Positions 51,590 through 63,283 are shown, numbered from the stretch's first letter. The stretch is 64,000 nt of DNA from Leucoraja ocellata (GCA_036785375.1 JAWMAR010000045.1:7192001-7256000), one strand, 5' to 3'. Numbers and translations are program-made. Notes: generated by a model from the letters alone, not told the origin.

Positions 51590-51797
51590 GGGTGACAGGT
51601 GCCCGTGACGTGCTGCATGGGGTAGTGCTGGAGGCAGATAGATAATGGCACTTAAGAGGTTTTTAGATAGGCACATGGATGTGGAGAAAATGGAGGGAGA
51701 TGGATCATGTGCAGGGAGAGAAGTTTAACTTGGAGGTATGTGCAGCACAGAAATTGTAGTCCAAAGGGCCTGTTCCAGGGCTGCACGGTTCTATATT
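51590..51797 (+). mobile_element. CR1 3' tail fragment
   Basis: GGTAGTGCTGGAGGCAGAT..TTAAGAGGTTTTTAGATAGGCACATGGAT..AAGGGCCTGTTCCAGGGCTGCAC. Confidence 0.75.
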
Positions 51798-52032
51798 TTA
51801 TGCAAGAAGTGGTAACAAAAGCCTCCTTGAACCAATACATTCCTTTTGGTAAAAGGCGCTCTCTCTCCCTCCATACTGTTTGGAGTAGGTAATTCCAGTG
51901 TCTCCCCAAAAACAAAAGAATGGGAATATTTCCAGGTCATGACAGGGAGAATAACCTACAGGTGGTAGTCTTCTCCTGTATCCAGTGCCCTAATCTAGGT
52001 GATAGTGGACTCTGGTTTAGAAGATGTTACTT

Positions 52033-52905
52033 AACCATATAACCATATAACAATTACAGCACGGAAACAGGCCATCTCGGCCCTACAAGTCCGTGCCGAA
52101 CAACTTTTTTCCCTTAGTCCCACCTGCCTGCACTCATACCATAACCCTCCATTCCCTTCTCATCCATATGCCTATCCAATTTATTTTTAAATGATACCAA
52201 CGAACCTGCCGCCACCACTTCCACTGGATGCTCATTCCACACCGCTACCACTCTCTGAGTAAAGAAGTTCCCCCTCATGTTACCCCTAAACTTCTGTCCC
52301 TTAATTCTGAAGTCATGTCCTCTTGTTTGAATCTTCCCTATTCTCAAAGGGAAAAGCTTGTCCACAACAACTCTGTCTATCCCTCTCATCATTTTAAAGA
52401 TCTCTATCAAGTCCCCCCTTAACCTTCTGCGCTCCAGAGAATAAAGACCTAACTTATTCAACCTATCTCTGTAACTTAGTTGTTGAAACCCAGGCAACAT
52501 TCTAGTAAATCTCCTCTGTACTCTCTATATTTTGTTGAAATCCTTCCTATAATTGGGCAACCAAAATTGTACACCATACTCCAGATTTGGTCTCACCAAT
52601 GTCTTGTGCAATTTTAGCACTACATCCCAGCTTCTATACTCAATGCTCTGATTTATAAAGGCTAGCATACCAAAAGCTTTCTTTACCACCCTATCTATAT
52701 GAGATTCCACCTTCAAGGAACTATGCACGGTTATACCCAGATCCCTCTGTTCAACTGTATTCTTCAATTCCCTACCATTTACCATGTACGTCCTATTTTG
52801 ATTTGTCCTGCCAAGGTGTAGCACCTCACATTTATCAGCATTAAACTCCATCTGCCATCTTTCAGCCCATTTTTCCAAATGGCCTAAATCACTCTGTAGA
52901 CTGTT
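52033..52905 (-). mobile_element. CR1 LINE 3' ~870 bp, second young family with (AACCATAT)n tail
   Basis: ORFs LQSDLGHLEKWAERWQMEFNADKCEVLHLG..RDLG..LVRPNLEY and RLNKLGLYSLERRRLRGDLIE..TRGH..FFTQRVV. Confidence 0.95.
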
Positions 52906-53589
52906 GATCAAGCCGTTGGTGTAACATTACGGACATCCACATTATAAAAGGAATGGAGGTGAAATGTTGCAGTCTGAGTGTAGAAATAAATAAAAAATTA
53001 CAGAACCATTGCTTTCGGAAATGTTATTAATCTACTTTTGCATTGAATCATTTAGGGAGCAGTGGACCAAATGCGGACCCGTTGGGCCCAGTCCCCCAAG
53101 GCAATATTCCACCACTGACCCATAGCCCCCAACTGGGCTGAGGGGTTCCCGTTGTGACGCTGGAGATCCCCGTTGTGACGCGAGTCATGGCAATCCTCCC
53201 CCAACTGCGCCTCGCCATCTCTCTTCCTACCCCTATCCTCCTCCATTCCCCCTCATCCCCAACACCCTCCCCCTCCTCTTCACCCACCCTCTGCTTTCCC
53301 CTCTCTCATCCCCTCCCCTACTCCCTCCCTCACCTCTCCATCCCTCTCCTTTCCCCTACCCTCAGTCACTCCCAACACAATGTTCCATCACTGACGCATA
53401 TCCCCCAACTGCGCAGGCGCTGCTGACGGGGTCTCGTTGTGACACCAGAGATCCCCTTTGTGACGCGAGTCACAGCAACCCTCCCCAACTGAACAGACGC
53501 GGCCGGCAAGTGGAAGTGCGACTGCAATGTTTTTAAAGTTCAAAATGGCAATAACTTGTAAAATATAAGATCATGTGAACGCATCTCAC

Positions 53590-54090
53590 TTTCCCTCTTC
53601 AGTCCCCTATTCCCTTCCTCCATTATCCTCGCTCTACCTACCCTCCACCAACCCTCCTCTGCTTCCTCCCCTCACCACCACCCTCCCCGCCTCACTCTTC
53701 CCTCCCCTCCTCCATTACCTCAACATCCCTCTTCCTACCCCATCCTCCTCCGATGACCCTCATCCCCAGCACTCCCTCCCCCTCCTCTTCACCCTCCCTC
53801 TTCTTTCCACTATCCTCCCCTCCCCCACCTTCCCTCTCTTTGCCCCTCCCAACCCCCCTCTTCTCCCTCTATCCCCCGCTCCTCCACTCCTCACCTCCCC
53901 ATCCCACCCCCCATCCCTCCTCACCGCACCCTCTGTTCCCCACTCCCTACTTCTCCCATCCCCCCTCCTCTCCCTATATCTCCCCTCCTCCCCCACTCTT
54001 TCCCCTCACCTCCCCCACTTTCCCCTCCCTATCCTTCCTCTATCCCCCTGCTCTTCCACTTCCCAGCTCCCGCCTATCCCACCCGCCCCA
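53590..54090. repeat. Long C/T-rich polypyrimidine low-complexity tract (shorter one at 53215-53375)
   Basis: About 500 bp almost devoid of G on the plus strand. Confidence 0.9.
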
Positions 54091-54754
54091 CAATGAAAAT
54101 CGCGATTGTTTTTTTAAATGAAAGTTCCACACTATCCCACCCCCACAATGAATATGCCGATTAAAAAAAATGAAATTCTCAATGAAAATTGCGTTTTTTC
54201 TTTAAAAAAACCTAAACATAATGTTAGCTGTTAATGGAAACGGAAGAATTTGATTAAAACTGTTTTTTTTTTTAAATCGCCATTTTTATGTAAATGAGAT
54301 TCGGGATCCCATTGTGACGTCATTGTAACATGGCTGACCGGCAGGGCAAGTGAAAAGTGGTTTTAAAAAGTGATTTTTGTAAAGTTTAAAATGTCAATAA
54401 CTTGTAAAATATAACATCAATCTCAACGAAACTTGGCTATTGCACACCCCAGGACAATGGTGAGTAAGGTGGGCCATAAATTGTAGCGTTATCATGTACG
54501 GTTTTGGTGGAGTTTCCAGGACTCACTCACATGCAAGCAAACAAACAAACAAGATTAGAGTTTTGGTAATATACTAGACTAAGTGGGACCCGTTGGGCTG
54601 AAAGGACTGGTTTTCAGAGGGCTAGTATGGGCATTGTGGGCCGAATGGATTCTTGGGTTGGCGGCTCAGTCACTCAAGCCTGTTGTGCTGGCAGCTCACT
54701 CACTCACTCAAGGCTGGTGGGCTGGCAGTTGACTCACGGCTATTCCTTGAAATT

Positions 54755-54873
54755 CCATTTCAAGCAGGATGCAAGACCACCAAATTCAAGTGCAGTTTCT
54801 TACCACTTCAAGCAAGGTGCAAGACTACCAAATTCAAGTGCAGTTTCATACCATTTCAAGCAGGATGCAAGGC
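54755..54873. repeat. 48-bp minisatellite, about 2.5 copies
   Basis: CCATTTCAAGCAGGATGCAAGACCACCAAATTCAAGTGCAGTTTCTTA repeated. Confidence 0.9.
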
Positions 54874-55204
54874 CATTAAAGACAGCAAATTGTGACCTCT
54901 CCCTCCTCCATCTTGCAGAGACTGAGCCACGCCCACACTTCTGGGTTTTATAGTCCTCCCCTCTCCCATCAGAGGGGCGTGGCCTTCATGGCATGATTGA
55001 CAAGAGAGAGAATCTCAACATTTTTAAAACACTAATAACTTTTTTATTTTTCATCGATGGGAAAAATCCTCGGCACCTGATGAGCGGAGGGGGACTCTGA
55101 GTAAGATGGCCAAATATCACAGCTGTATGTGGTAGTGTTTTTTCTAAAATCAATATAAAGTGCAAACAGGAGGTGGTCAAGATTAGACTTTTAATTATAT
55201 AGAA

Positions 55205-55493
55205 GGCAAGGCAACTTTAATTAGGCAAGGCAAGTTTAATTAGGCAAAGCAACTTTAATTAGGCAAGGCTACTTTAATTAGGCAACACAGCTTTAGCATT
55301 TCCAAACCAAAGGCAACACAGCTTTAGCATTTCCAAACCAAAGGCAACACAGCTTTAGCATTTCCAAACCAAAGGCAACACAGCTTTAGCATTTCCAAAC
55401 CAAAGGCAACACAGCTTTAGCATTTCCAAACCAAAGGCAACCCAGCTTTAGCATTTCCAAACCAAAGGCAAACCAGCTTTAGCATTTCCAAAC
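55205..55493. repeat. Adjacent minisatellites: 19-bp x4, then 31-bp x7
   Basis: GGCAAGGCAACTTTAATTA x4, then GGCAACACAGCTTTAGCATTTCCAAACCAAA starting at 55281 with period 31. Confidence 0.95.
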
Positions 55494-55750
55494 TATATTT
55501 TCAAAACCACATTAAGGGCACTGACAGGAAAGTAAAACCATTCACAGTTTAGTAGACATGTGTTCAGTGTTATTCACAGCTCAGACTGAGAGACATGACC
55601 CTTTTGCTCCCCCATCTTGCAGAGACTGACTGAGGCACTCAACACTTCCGGGTTTTATAGTCCCTCCGGAAGGGGCGTGGCCTTCAAGAGAGAGAATCTC
55701 AACATTTTTTAAACACTAATAACTCTTTTATTTTTCATCGATGGGAAAAA

Positions 55751-56539
55751 GGACGAAGGACAAAGGACATTTTTTGTCACGTACACCAATTGGTGTAGTA
55801 AAATTTGTGTTGCCATTTGCAGCCCACCAATAAAAGTAAAACACAACATTAAAGAATTTAACACCAAACATAAAAAACATCCCCCCACAATGGTTCCCAC
55901 TGTGAGGGAAGGCACAAAGTCCAGTCCTCTTGTTGGCCCGATGTTACAGACCCTCTCGCCGGATGATGGAGCTCTAGCGTCAGGAGAACACTCTCAACGG
56001 CTTGGAGTATCTGGAACGGCCACTTCCTACCCGAGACCATGGCTCCCAAAGTCCACAGGCCACGCTGGTTGGAGCTCCGACACTGGCTATCTCGGTGAAA
56101 GATCCCAGGCTCCGCGGTGTTCAGGGTCATCGCCGCCCGCAGTTGGACGCTCCGCAACGACAACTCCTCGATGTAGGAGTCGGCGGTATCAGCACTTACC
56201 ACATGGCAACCCGGGTAAGGCACCGCGCGCTCCGCTTTGGTACTTCAGCACTGCGCCGCCGCAGGAGCAGAAGCTCCAGCCAGTCCCGGCAGGAAACGCC
56301 GCTTCAGTCCCGGTGGTAGGCCACGAGGAGGGGGCGAAGATGCAGCACGGAGGAAAGCTGCATCTCCGACCAGGTAGGGACTGAGAAAAAAAGTTTCCCC
56401 TTCCCCTCCCCTCCACCCCTCACATAAAAAGACTAGAAGACCTCCAAAACAAAACACACTAACACACTAAAAATTAAAAAGAAGGTTGAAATGACACACA
56501 GCTGCAGGCAGGGCAGCCATACTCGACGGCGCCCCACTC
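55751..56539 (-). mobile_element. GC-rich non-coding retroelement inserted in the Helitron
   Basis: Splits a segment that is intact at 55055-55100. Its minus-strand 3' end has hairpin TACACC-AATT-GGTGTA, then CGTGACAAAAAA and a (GTCCTT)-like tail. Confidence 0.7.
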
Positions 56540-56749
56540 TTGTCCTGCGCAGCGGAGGGGGACTCTGCGTAAGATGGCCAAAAATCACAGCCGTAAGTGG
56601 CAGCGTTTTTTCTAAAATCAATATACAGAACAACAGGAAGTGGTCAAGATCAAACTTTTAGTAATATAGATAGATATAGATAGATGTAGAGAAAGGGGGA
56701 ATTGAGTTCCAAAAGTGCTTCTTTCCCAAAACAGTACATTAGTAGGGAC

Positions 56750-58125
56750 ACAATATGAGGTATTTCTAAATCTGATTGTAAATAGTGGCATTGATCAAGT
56801 ACCTGTTCTAATTTTAGGAGAACGCCTTGGAAAAGTTGCCAATAGTGGATTATGGATTATAATTGTAAACCCAACTAGATAAAGGATCATTTAGTTTTGA
56901 AAAGTGAAGTGTCAGAATGGAATTTGAGAAGAAAGGAAATAGCTGGGTTATTTGAGGTGAAAAGGGAGTTGGCACACAATTTAAGTGAAGGAGTAAATTT
57001 TCATAGCATAATTGTGAATGTAGCGAATAATGACATTCAAATAAAAAAGATGGAATACTGTCATCTTGGAATGTTATGTGTAAATAAAAATGTTAGGAAT
57101 CTATTGAAATTGAAGGAAGGCTTTGAGATTATAAGAATAATATTGAAAAGCAAAATTTAATTTGAGAAAATTAGAATGTATGTGGAAAAGGAAATCTAGG
57201 AGGAAGTATGAGGAACCAAATCACAAGATATCAAAAGGAAGATTGAACTGTTTTGCAAGTGCATCAGTCGGATACAACATCTTCGAGGTGAGGATTGTAA
57301 CTTTGCAGAAACAGAATGTAGCGCAGGTAGCTAATAATAGTAAAGAAAGGAGATAAGTGAGGAAGTAAATACTTAAATGTTCAAGAGCAAAGTAAGGTTA
57401 TGGTGGCTAAAAATAAACACATTTCTCAAATCATTCTGAAAGCTTGTCAAACCTCAAAGTTATTTAAAGAGTTTACAAACACAGTGGAACAAGGAAACAC
57501 AGTTGAACAACGTACATGAAGTTAAGGGAAGCATTTGAAGAGGTTCAATTAGAAGATGTTAAGGGATGCAGAACAAGGTCTGGGGGAAGGACCTGATTCA
57601 TAACTAGTGTGAATGAGGGACAATGAATGGGAGTAAAAACTGATTTTAATGCAGTTCTTGAAAAAGTCTTGCTCTACAGGTTTTCTTTCTACAGTCACTT
57701 CCTCTCTCTGTAGAACTCAATCATATAGATGTCTTCCTGGGGAAGAAAGTTGATTGATATGAAAATAGCAGATATAATTAACCCTTCAAAGACCAAAGGA
57801 TATGACAGAAATGGGGATATCAACTTTTTGATTCATTTATGTCCACGAAAGCAGTACTCTGCAGTCTCAGCATTGTGTTGGAATACATTGTTTTGTAAGC
57901 ATGATTATAGTAAATTAAAAGCAGTGTCTCAGATTGGTGAATCAGGTTGAATTATATATTTAAATCTTATAGTATATCGAAAATAAAAGGCAAGAGGTAG
58001 CAGCGAAATTACAGAGAACACTGTGGGAGGAATCAAGAACTAGAGGGCATGGATTTATGATGAGAGAATAAAGATTTAACAAGAATCCGAGGAGCAGTTT
58101 TTTCACACAAAGGGTGGTGGGCATA
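56750..58125 (+). mobile_element. Highly decayed CR1 remnants
   Basis: Degenerate 'F.E.T..V..G..V..YM....AF..V' near 57460-57550, and AACTAGAGGGCAT..TTTTTCACACAAAGGGTGGTG near 58040-58120. Confidence 0.5.
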
Positions 58126-59628
58126 ATAGAACAAGCAATAAAACAATAAAATACATTTAACAAAGGTATAATGCAGCTTCTTCAGGATGCTCTTTGATTT
58201 GAGGAATAATTTGAGTACTCTTACCTGCACCTCATTCAGATTATTTGCATATTATACTTTAATATTATTTTGCACTACTCAGATTTTGCACTACAAGTTT
58301 GTACCATTAACCGTTCTGACTCCTCCTTGTATTTTTTCTTGTATTTATCATTGTTTACTCTATGAACAAGAACTGTCATTGCACCCTGATGCATATGACA
58401 CCAAAACTAATCAAATTTCAGATGAAAATCTAATCCAATCTTCAACTAAGATTCATCTGCAGCTTCCGTTTCTGAGCATTTAGAGTCCTGGTTATAATCC
58501 CTGATTCTTAGGCGCAGTTTAAATATTTCTCACACCAGACTGTGTATGGATCCAAACCATTACTAGATACAATGCTCTTAAACAGGACCAGGTTGCAGAC
58601 TGATCAACAGAGGTTACAGCTCAGGAGGTGTCTCCACACAACAGCCAGATGTCGAAACTAGAATACTGTGATGAGGACATATGAGAGATCATCCATACGT
58701 TACGTTTGCAGCTATTCTTTTCTGAAGGCAGATACATTTGTATTTTAGGGGAGGGAATACATTCTGCTGGTTAGAATTGTACCATTATGGGATAGCAAAG
58801 TATGAGAATATAAAGAAAAAGGAAGATAATGATGAAGTACAGAACACAAGTAGAAGATTAAATGGAAATAAAATAAAAAAGACATACAAAACTGGTATGA
58901 CTTACTGACATATTAGAAAATAGAAATGGCAAGATTCGCAAGACTATAAGATAAGTGAATAAATGAGTTAAAGTCTGGTCGAAAGGTAACAAAGAAATTG
59001 GATCAGGGCAGGTTGTGTAAGCTAGGGAGCAGGGTTTTGGAAGTTCTGGATATTTTGCGTTTATTGCACAATTGCCTGGAAGCAGTTTGACAGTTCTGCT
59101 CAGGCAACACTTCAGATGCTTTGCAACTGCCGAAGCAACTGGGAGTCTGCAGAATGTGCACGTGCTTTGGAGGGCTATTCCATTGTTATTGATTGAAGCC
59201 AGGCCGATATTGAGGTAGACTGACAAAATAATTTAAAATTATCGAAGTATGGCTCAAGGTAGTCAGAAGAAATATGTTTTACCAACGGATCTGTGGGACA
59301 TTTGGGGGAAGTTCCGTGGTGGACAGGATTGAAGTTTGATGCTGCTGAATACCACTCCTCTTCAAACCTCATCATTTCTCCACTGGCTTTATTTGCCTGC
59401 ACTTACCTGCTGGGATTCTCAAGGCCTATGTTTTTCCTTGCAGGCACGTCAAATCTAAAGCAAACAGTCCCATAATATTTCAATAATGTGTAACCCTACG
59501 TTTTTGGTTTCGAATACTCCGATCACTCTGGGCTGTGGATTGGACTTCAGTTGGGTTCTTTACTTTAATAACAGGCAATCACAGTAGCAGGTAACACAAC
59601 ATGCAGTTTCCACATGTCCCCATGGGGA

Positions 59629-59828
59629 NNNNNNNNNNNNNNNNNNNNNNNNNNNNNNNNNNNNNNNNNNNNNNNNNNNNNNNNNNNNNNNNNNNNNNNN
59701 NNNNNNNNNNNNNNNNNNNNNNNNNNNNNNNNNNNNNNNNNNNNNNNNNNNNNNNNNNNNNNNNNNNNNNNNNNNNNNNNNNNNNNNNNNNNNNNNNNNN
59801 NNNNNNNNNNNNNNNNNNNNNNNNNNNN
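59629..59828. other. Assembly gap (N run)
   Basis: Run of N. Confidence 1.
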
Positions 59829-59849
59829 GAGTCCATAATCTAGGAGGAA

Positions 59850-60262
59850 ATAGCCAGTCAGTTAGAAAAGTTTAATATAAACAAACCATGTCAACATTGA
59901 TTTATGAAAAGTCAATCATGTTTGGCAAACTTGCTAAAGTTGTTTTAGGATCTAACAGCAGCGTTGATAGAGGAGAACCTGAGGTAGGTATTTTGATTTT
60001 TTAAAAGGCACGTGACGACTTGCCACATAAAAGACTGGTGCACGAGATAAGGGCTCACGATGTTGGGGAGAGGTGTTAGCATAGATTGAAGGTTGGTTAT
60101 CATGAAGAAAGGGATCATGTTTGGGCTGGAAGGTTGTAACTAGTAGAGCTCCCCAAGGATCTGTTCTTGGCTGTCAAATATTTACCCTATGTATGAGTGA
60201 CCTGGAGATAGAGAGAGAGTGAGCAGAGAATAAAATATCAAAGCTTTCAAATGACATTAAAA
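59850..60262 (+). mobile_element. Degenerate CR1 RT fragment
   Basis: SCLANL..VDRGEP..YFDF.K..PHKRL..IRAH..VTS..PQGSVLG motifs with frameshifts. Confidence 0.75.
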
Positions 60263-60276
60263 TAAATAATTTTTAT

Positions 60277-60757
60277 TCTAGGTGTCAGCTGCTCTACATC
60301 GGTGAAACCAAGCGTAGGCTTGGCGATCGCTTCACCCAACACCTCCACTCAGTTCGCAATAACCAAACTGATCTCCCAGTGGCTCAGGACTTCAACTCCC
60401 CCTCCCATTCTGAATCCGCCTTTCTGTCCTGGGCCTCCTCAATGGCTGGAGTGAGGCCCACCGTAAATTTGAGGAGCAGCACCTCATATTTCGCTTGGGT
60501 AATTTACATCCCAGCAGTATGAACATTGACTTCTCTAATTTCAGGTAGTCCTTGCTTTCTCCCTCTTTCCCCTCCCCTTTCCAGCTCTCCCACAGCCCAC
60601 TGTCTCCGCCTCTTCCTTTCTTCTTCCCGCCTCCCCCCCCCCCCCACCCCACTTCAGTCTGAAGAAGGGTCTCGACCCAAAACATCACCTATTCCTTCGC
60701 TCCATAGATGCTGCCTCACTGCTGAGTTTTTGTCTACCTTCGATTTTTCCAGCATCA
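60277..60757 (+). mobile_element. Penelope-like element 3' end: GIY-YIG endonuclease C-terminus followed by hammerhead-bearing terminal repeat
   Basis: SRCQLLYIGETKRRLGDRFTQHLHSVRNNQTDLPVAQDFNSPSHS/LSVLGLL..EAHRKFEEQHLIFRLGNLHPSSMNIDFSNFR* (stop 60546-60548, one frameshift), then CTGAAGAAGGGTCTCGACCCAAAACATC at 60659-60686. Confidence 0.9.
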
Positions 60758-61439
60758 GCATTGAGGGGCCAAGTGGCTGATTCTTACTTAAATGTTCCAG
60801 TGTTCTTGTGCCTATTCCAGCCTTCATACCTGTTTATTATTTACAAACCTACGGAAGACTTCCAGGTTCCTATCATCTCATTATCTGTTTGATTCTCTTG
60901 TTTCCATCAGCCATCTTAGTTTACTATATGCAGCCTAGTTTTCATTTGAATTATTCTTTTGATATGCACCATATAACCTCCTTTTTCATTTCCTTTGTCA
61001 TCCAGGAAATTCTGACTTTGGTTCTACTTTTCCTGCTAGTTGTATGTACCTAGCTGGCATGAGGAACACAGATCGATTACAGTATTACCCATCACTCTTT
61101 GTTTCTGTTCTACTTCACCATTCCACATTTAAATCTGCTCCAAGTAAGACATTCTAGTTTAAATTGCTCCTAGCTCTTCATTACTAATCTAAACTCTATG
61201 ACCTAATGATTAATTTTCCCCAAATATACTTTCACTGATGACCCATCTCATTCCTCCAATATTTAACCTATCAATGCCACGTTCTCTATCATATTTAAAT
61301 TGTACAGGTCAAAGTGGTTCTCCTGGATGTATTTCAGACAATTTGTTTCCTTCTTTGCCCTTTACACTAACATTGTGTAAATCAATATTCTAGCAATTGA
61401 TATCAACTGGTTTGAATTCTTGCATCTGGCTTTTTATTG

Positions 61440-61975
61440 CAGTTCAGGCTGCCTCTCCAGTGAGAAAGACATGAGTTAACATTTCAGGTCAACGATGCTT
61501 TATCAGAAGTGGAAAAGTGAGAAATACAAATGCGTTTTAAATTTGCAGAGTTGAGGCGGAGCAGAAAGGATAAAGGGAATGTCTGTGACAGAGTGGAGAT
61601 TGACCAAGTGATTCCCATGCTTCTGGACTCCTTTAATATTGGATGCAAATCCAAAAGTTGCTCCAAATTTGAAATAAAAAAGAACGCTTGAATTATTCTG
61701 ATAGTAAATATGTAGAGGAAAATAAATAAATATCAGAACTAATGCAAGATGAGGTGCTTTCCCTTGAGTTTTGTAGGGCTTAAATGTGAACTTTGTATGA
61801 GGTCAAAGATGATTGGAAGCTCAGGCTTGTCCTTGCAAACTAAGAAGGTGTTTGGCAAAGTGGTTGCCCAATATGTGTTTGGTTTCTTCAATGTGGAGAA
61901 GAGATATAGCATAGACACCAAAGGCAATAAGTAAATTGGCAGAAGTGTCAGTGAATCACTGGGTTATTTGGGTTA
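61440..61975 (-). mobile_element. Old Penelope-like element (degenerate GIY-YIG plus degenerate hammerhead repeat)
   Basis: Minus strand FTDTSANL..YCLWC..LLHIEETKHILGNHFAKHL..CKDKPELPI..HLILH, with downstream TTCTGATAAAGCATCGTTGACCTGAAATGTTAAC near 61474-61507. Confidence 0.7.
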
Positions 61976-62267
61976 TGGATGGGGTGAAAAGACAAAAGGA
62001 CAGGCATTACATTTCCAGCAATAGTTTTGTAAAACGCTGTGTGAAATGGAGCTGTTGATGGAAATAGATGAGCAAACCAATCACAGGGAGATCAGTCCCT
62101 TCAGCATTCTGAGAAGAGAGGAAAGGGAAAGATGTCTGATGATTGAATTTTATTTTTAATTCCGATTTCTAGCATCTGCAGTTTTATACTTTTCTGAAAC
62201 AGGAGATTAATTTTTATAATTGTGCTCTTACTAAGTGGATTCCTAGATCTCCATAGATCTACGATGA

Positions 62268-62443
62268 ACACGTAGATTTTCTCCTATGTGTTCCGGTTTC
62301 CTCCCACATTCCGTACAGGTTTGTAGGTTAATTGGCCTCTGTAAATTGTCCCTAATGTGTTAGATAGAAATAGTATGCGGGCGATCGCTGGTAGGCATGG
62401 TCTTGGTGGGCCGAAGGGCCTGCATCCACACTGTATATCTAAA
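62268..62443 (+). mobile_element. V-SINE (HE1-like) 3' half
   Basis: TCCGGTTTCCTCCCACA..GTACAGGTTTGTAGGTTAATTGGC..TGTAAATTGTCCCTA..GGGCCGAAGGGCCTG, homologous to 6740-6910. Confidence 0.85.
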
Positions 62444-62461
62444 GCTAGAGGATGTTATAGA

Positions 62462-63283
62462 TACATAGAAACATAGAAAATAGGTAAAGGAGTAGGCCAT
62501 TCGGCCCTTCGAGCCTGGACCGCCATTCAATATGATCATGGCTGATCATCCAACTCAGTATCCCGTACCTGCCTTCTCTCCATACCCCCTGATCCCTTTA
62601 TCCACAAGGGCCACATCTAACTCCCTCTTAAATATAGCCAATGAACTGGCCTCAACTACCCTCTGTAGCAGAGAGTTCCAGAGATTCACCACTCTCTGTG
62701 TGAAAAAAGTTCTCCTCATCTCGGTTTTAAAGGATTTCCCCCTTATCCTTAAGCTGTGACCCCTTGTCCTGGACTTCCCCAACATCGGGAACAATCTTCC
62801 TACATCTAGCCTGTCCAACCCCTTAAGAATTTTGTAAGTTTCTATAAGATCCCCCCCTCAATCTCCTAAATTTTAACGAGTATAAGCTGAGTCTATCCAG
62901 TCTTTCTTCATATGAAAGTCCTGACATCCCAGGAATCACTCTGGTGAACCTTCTCTGTACTCCCTCTATGGCAATAATGTCCTTCCTCAGATTTGGAGAC
63001 CAAAACTGTACGCAATACTCCAGGTGTGGTCTCACCAAGACCCTGTACAACTGCAGTAGAACCTCCCTGCTCCTATACTCAAATCCTTTTGCTATGAAAG
63101 CTAACATACCATTTGCTTTCTTCACTGCCTGCTGCACCTGCATGCCTACCTTCAATGACTGGTGTACCATGACACCCAGGTCTCGTTGCATCTCCCCTTT
63201 TCCTAATCGGCCACCATTCAGATAATAGTCTGCTTTCCCGTTTTTGCCACCAAAGTGGATAACCTCACATTTATCCACATTAT
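62462..63283 (-). mobile_element. Young CR1 LINE 3' ~820 bp
   Basis: DKCEVIHFG..RDLGV..LYRVLVRPHLEYCVQFWSP..QRRFTR..TRGHSL..WNSL, with (CATAGAAA)n tail. Confidence 0.95.

Larger units (their letters stand above)
53062..56684 (-). mobile_element. Composite non-autonomous Helitron-like array
   Basis: Minus-strand 5' termini A|TCTATATTACTAAAA (56670) and TCTATATAATTAAAA (55203). 3' terminus CCCAACGGGTCCCACTTAGTCTAG|T (CTAG at 54574-54577). A degenerate 3' hairpin GGGCCCAACGGGTCC near 53074-53089. No TIRs or TSD seen. Confidence 0.7.

Noticed and set aside
53575-54121. Pro/Leu/Ser-rich ORFs (173 and 122 aa)
   Set aside because: Translation of a polypyrimidine tract that lacks stop codons.
55205-55493. 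CRISPR-like 31-bp repeats
   Set aside because: Head-to-tail with no spacers and no cas genes, in a vertebrate context. It is a minisatellite.
59579-59843. ORFs containing X runs
   Set aside because: Artefacts of the N gap.
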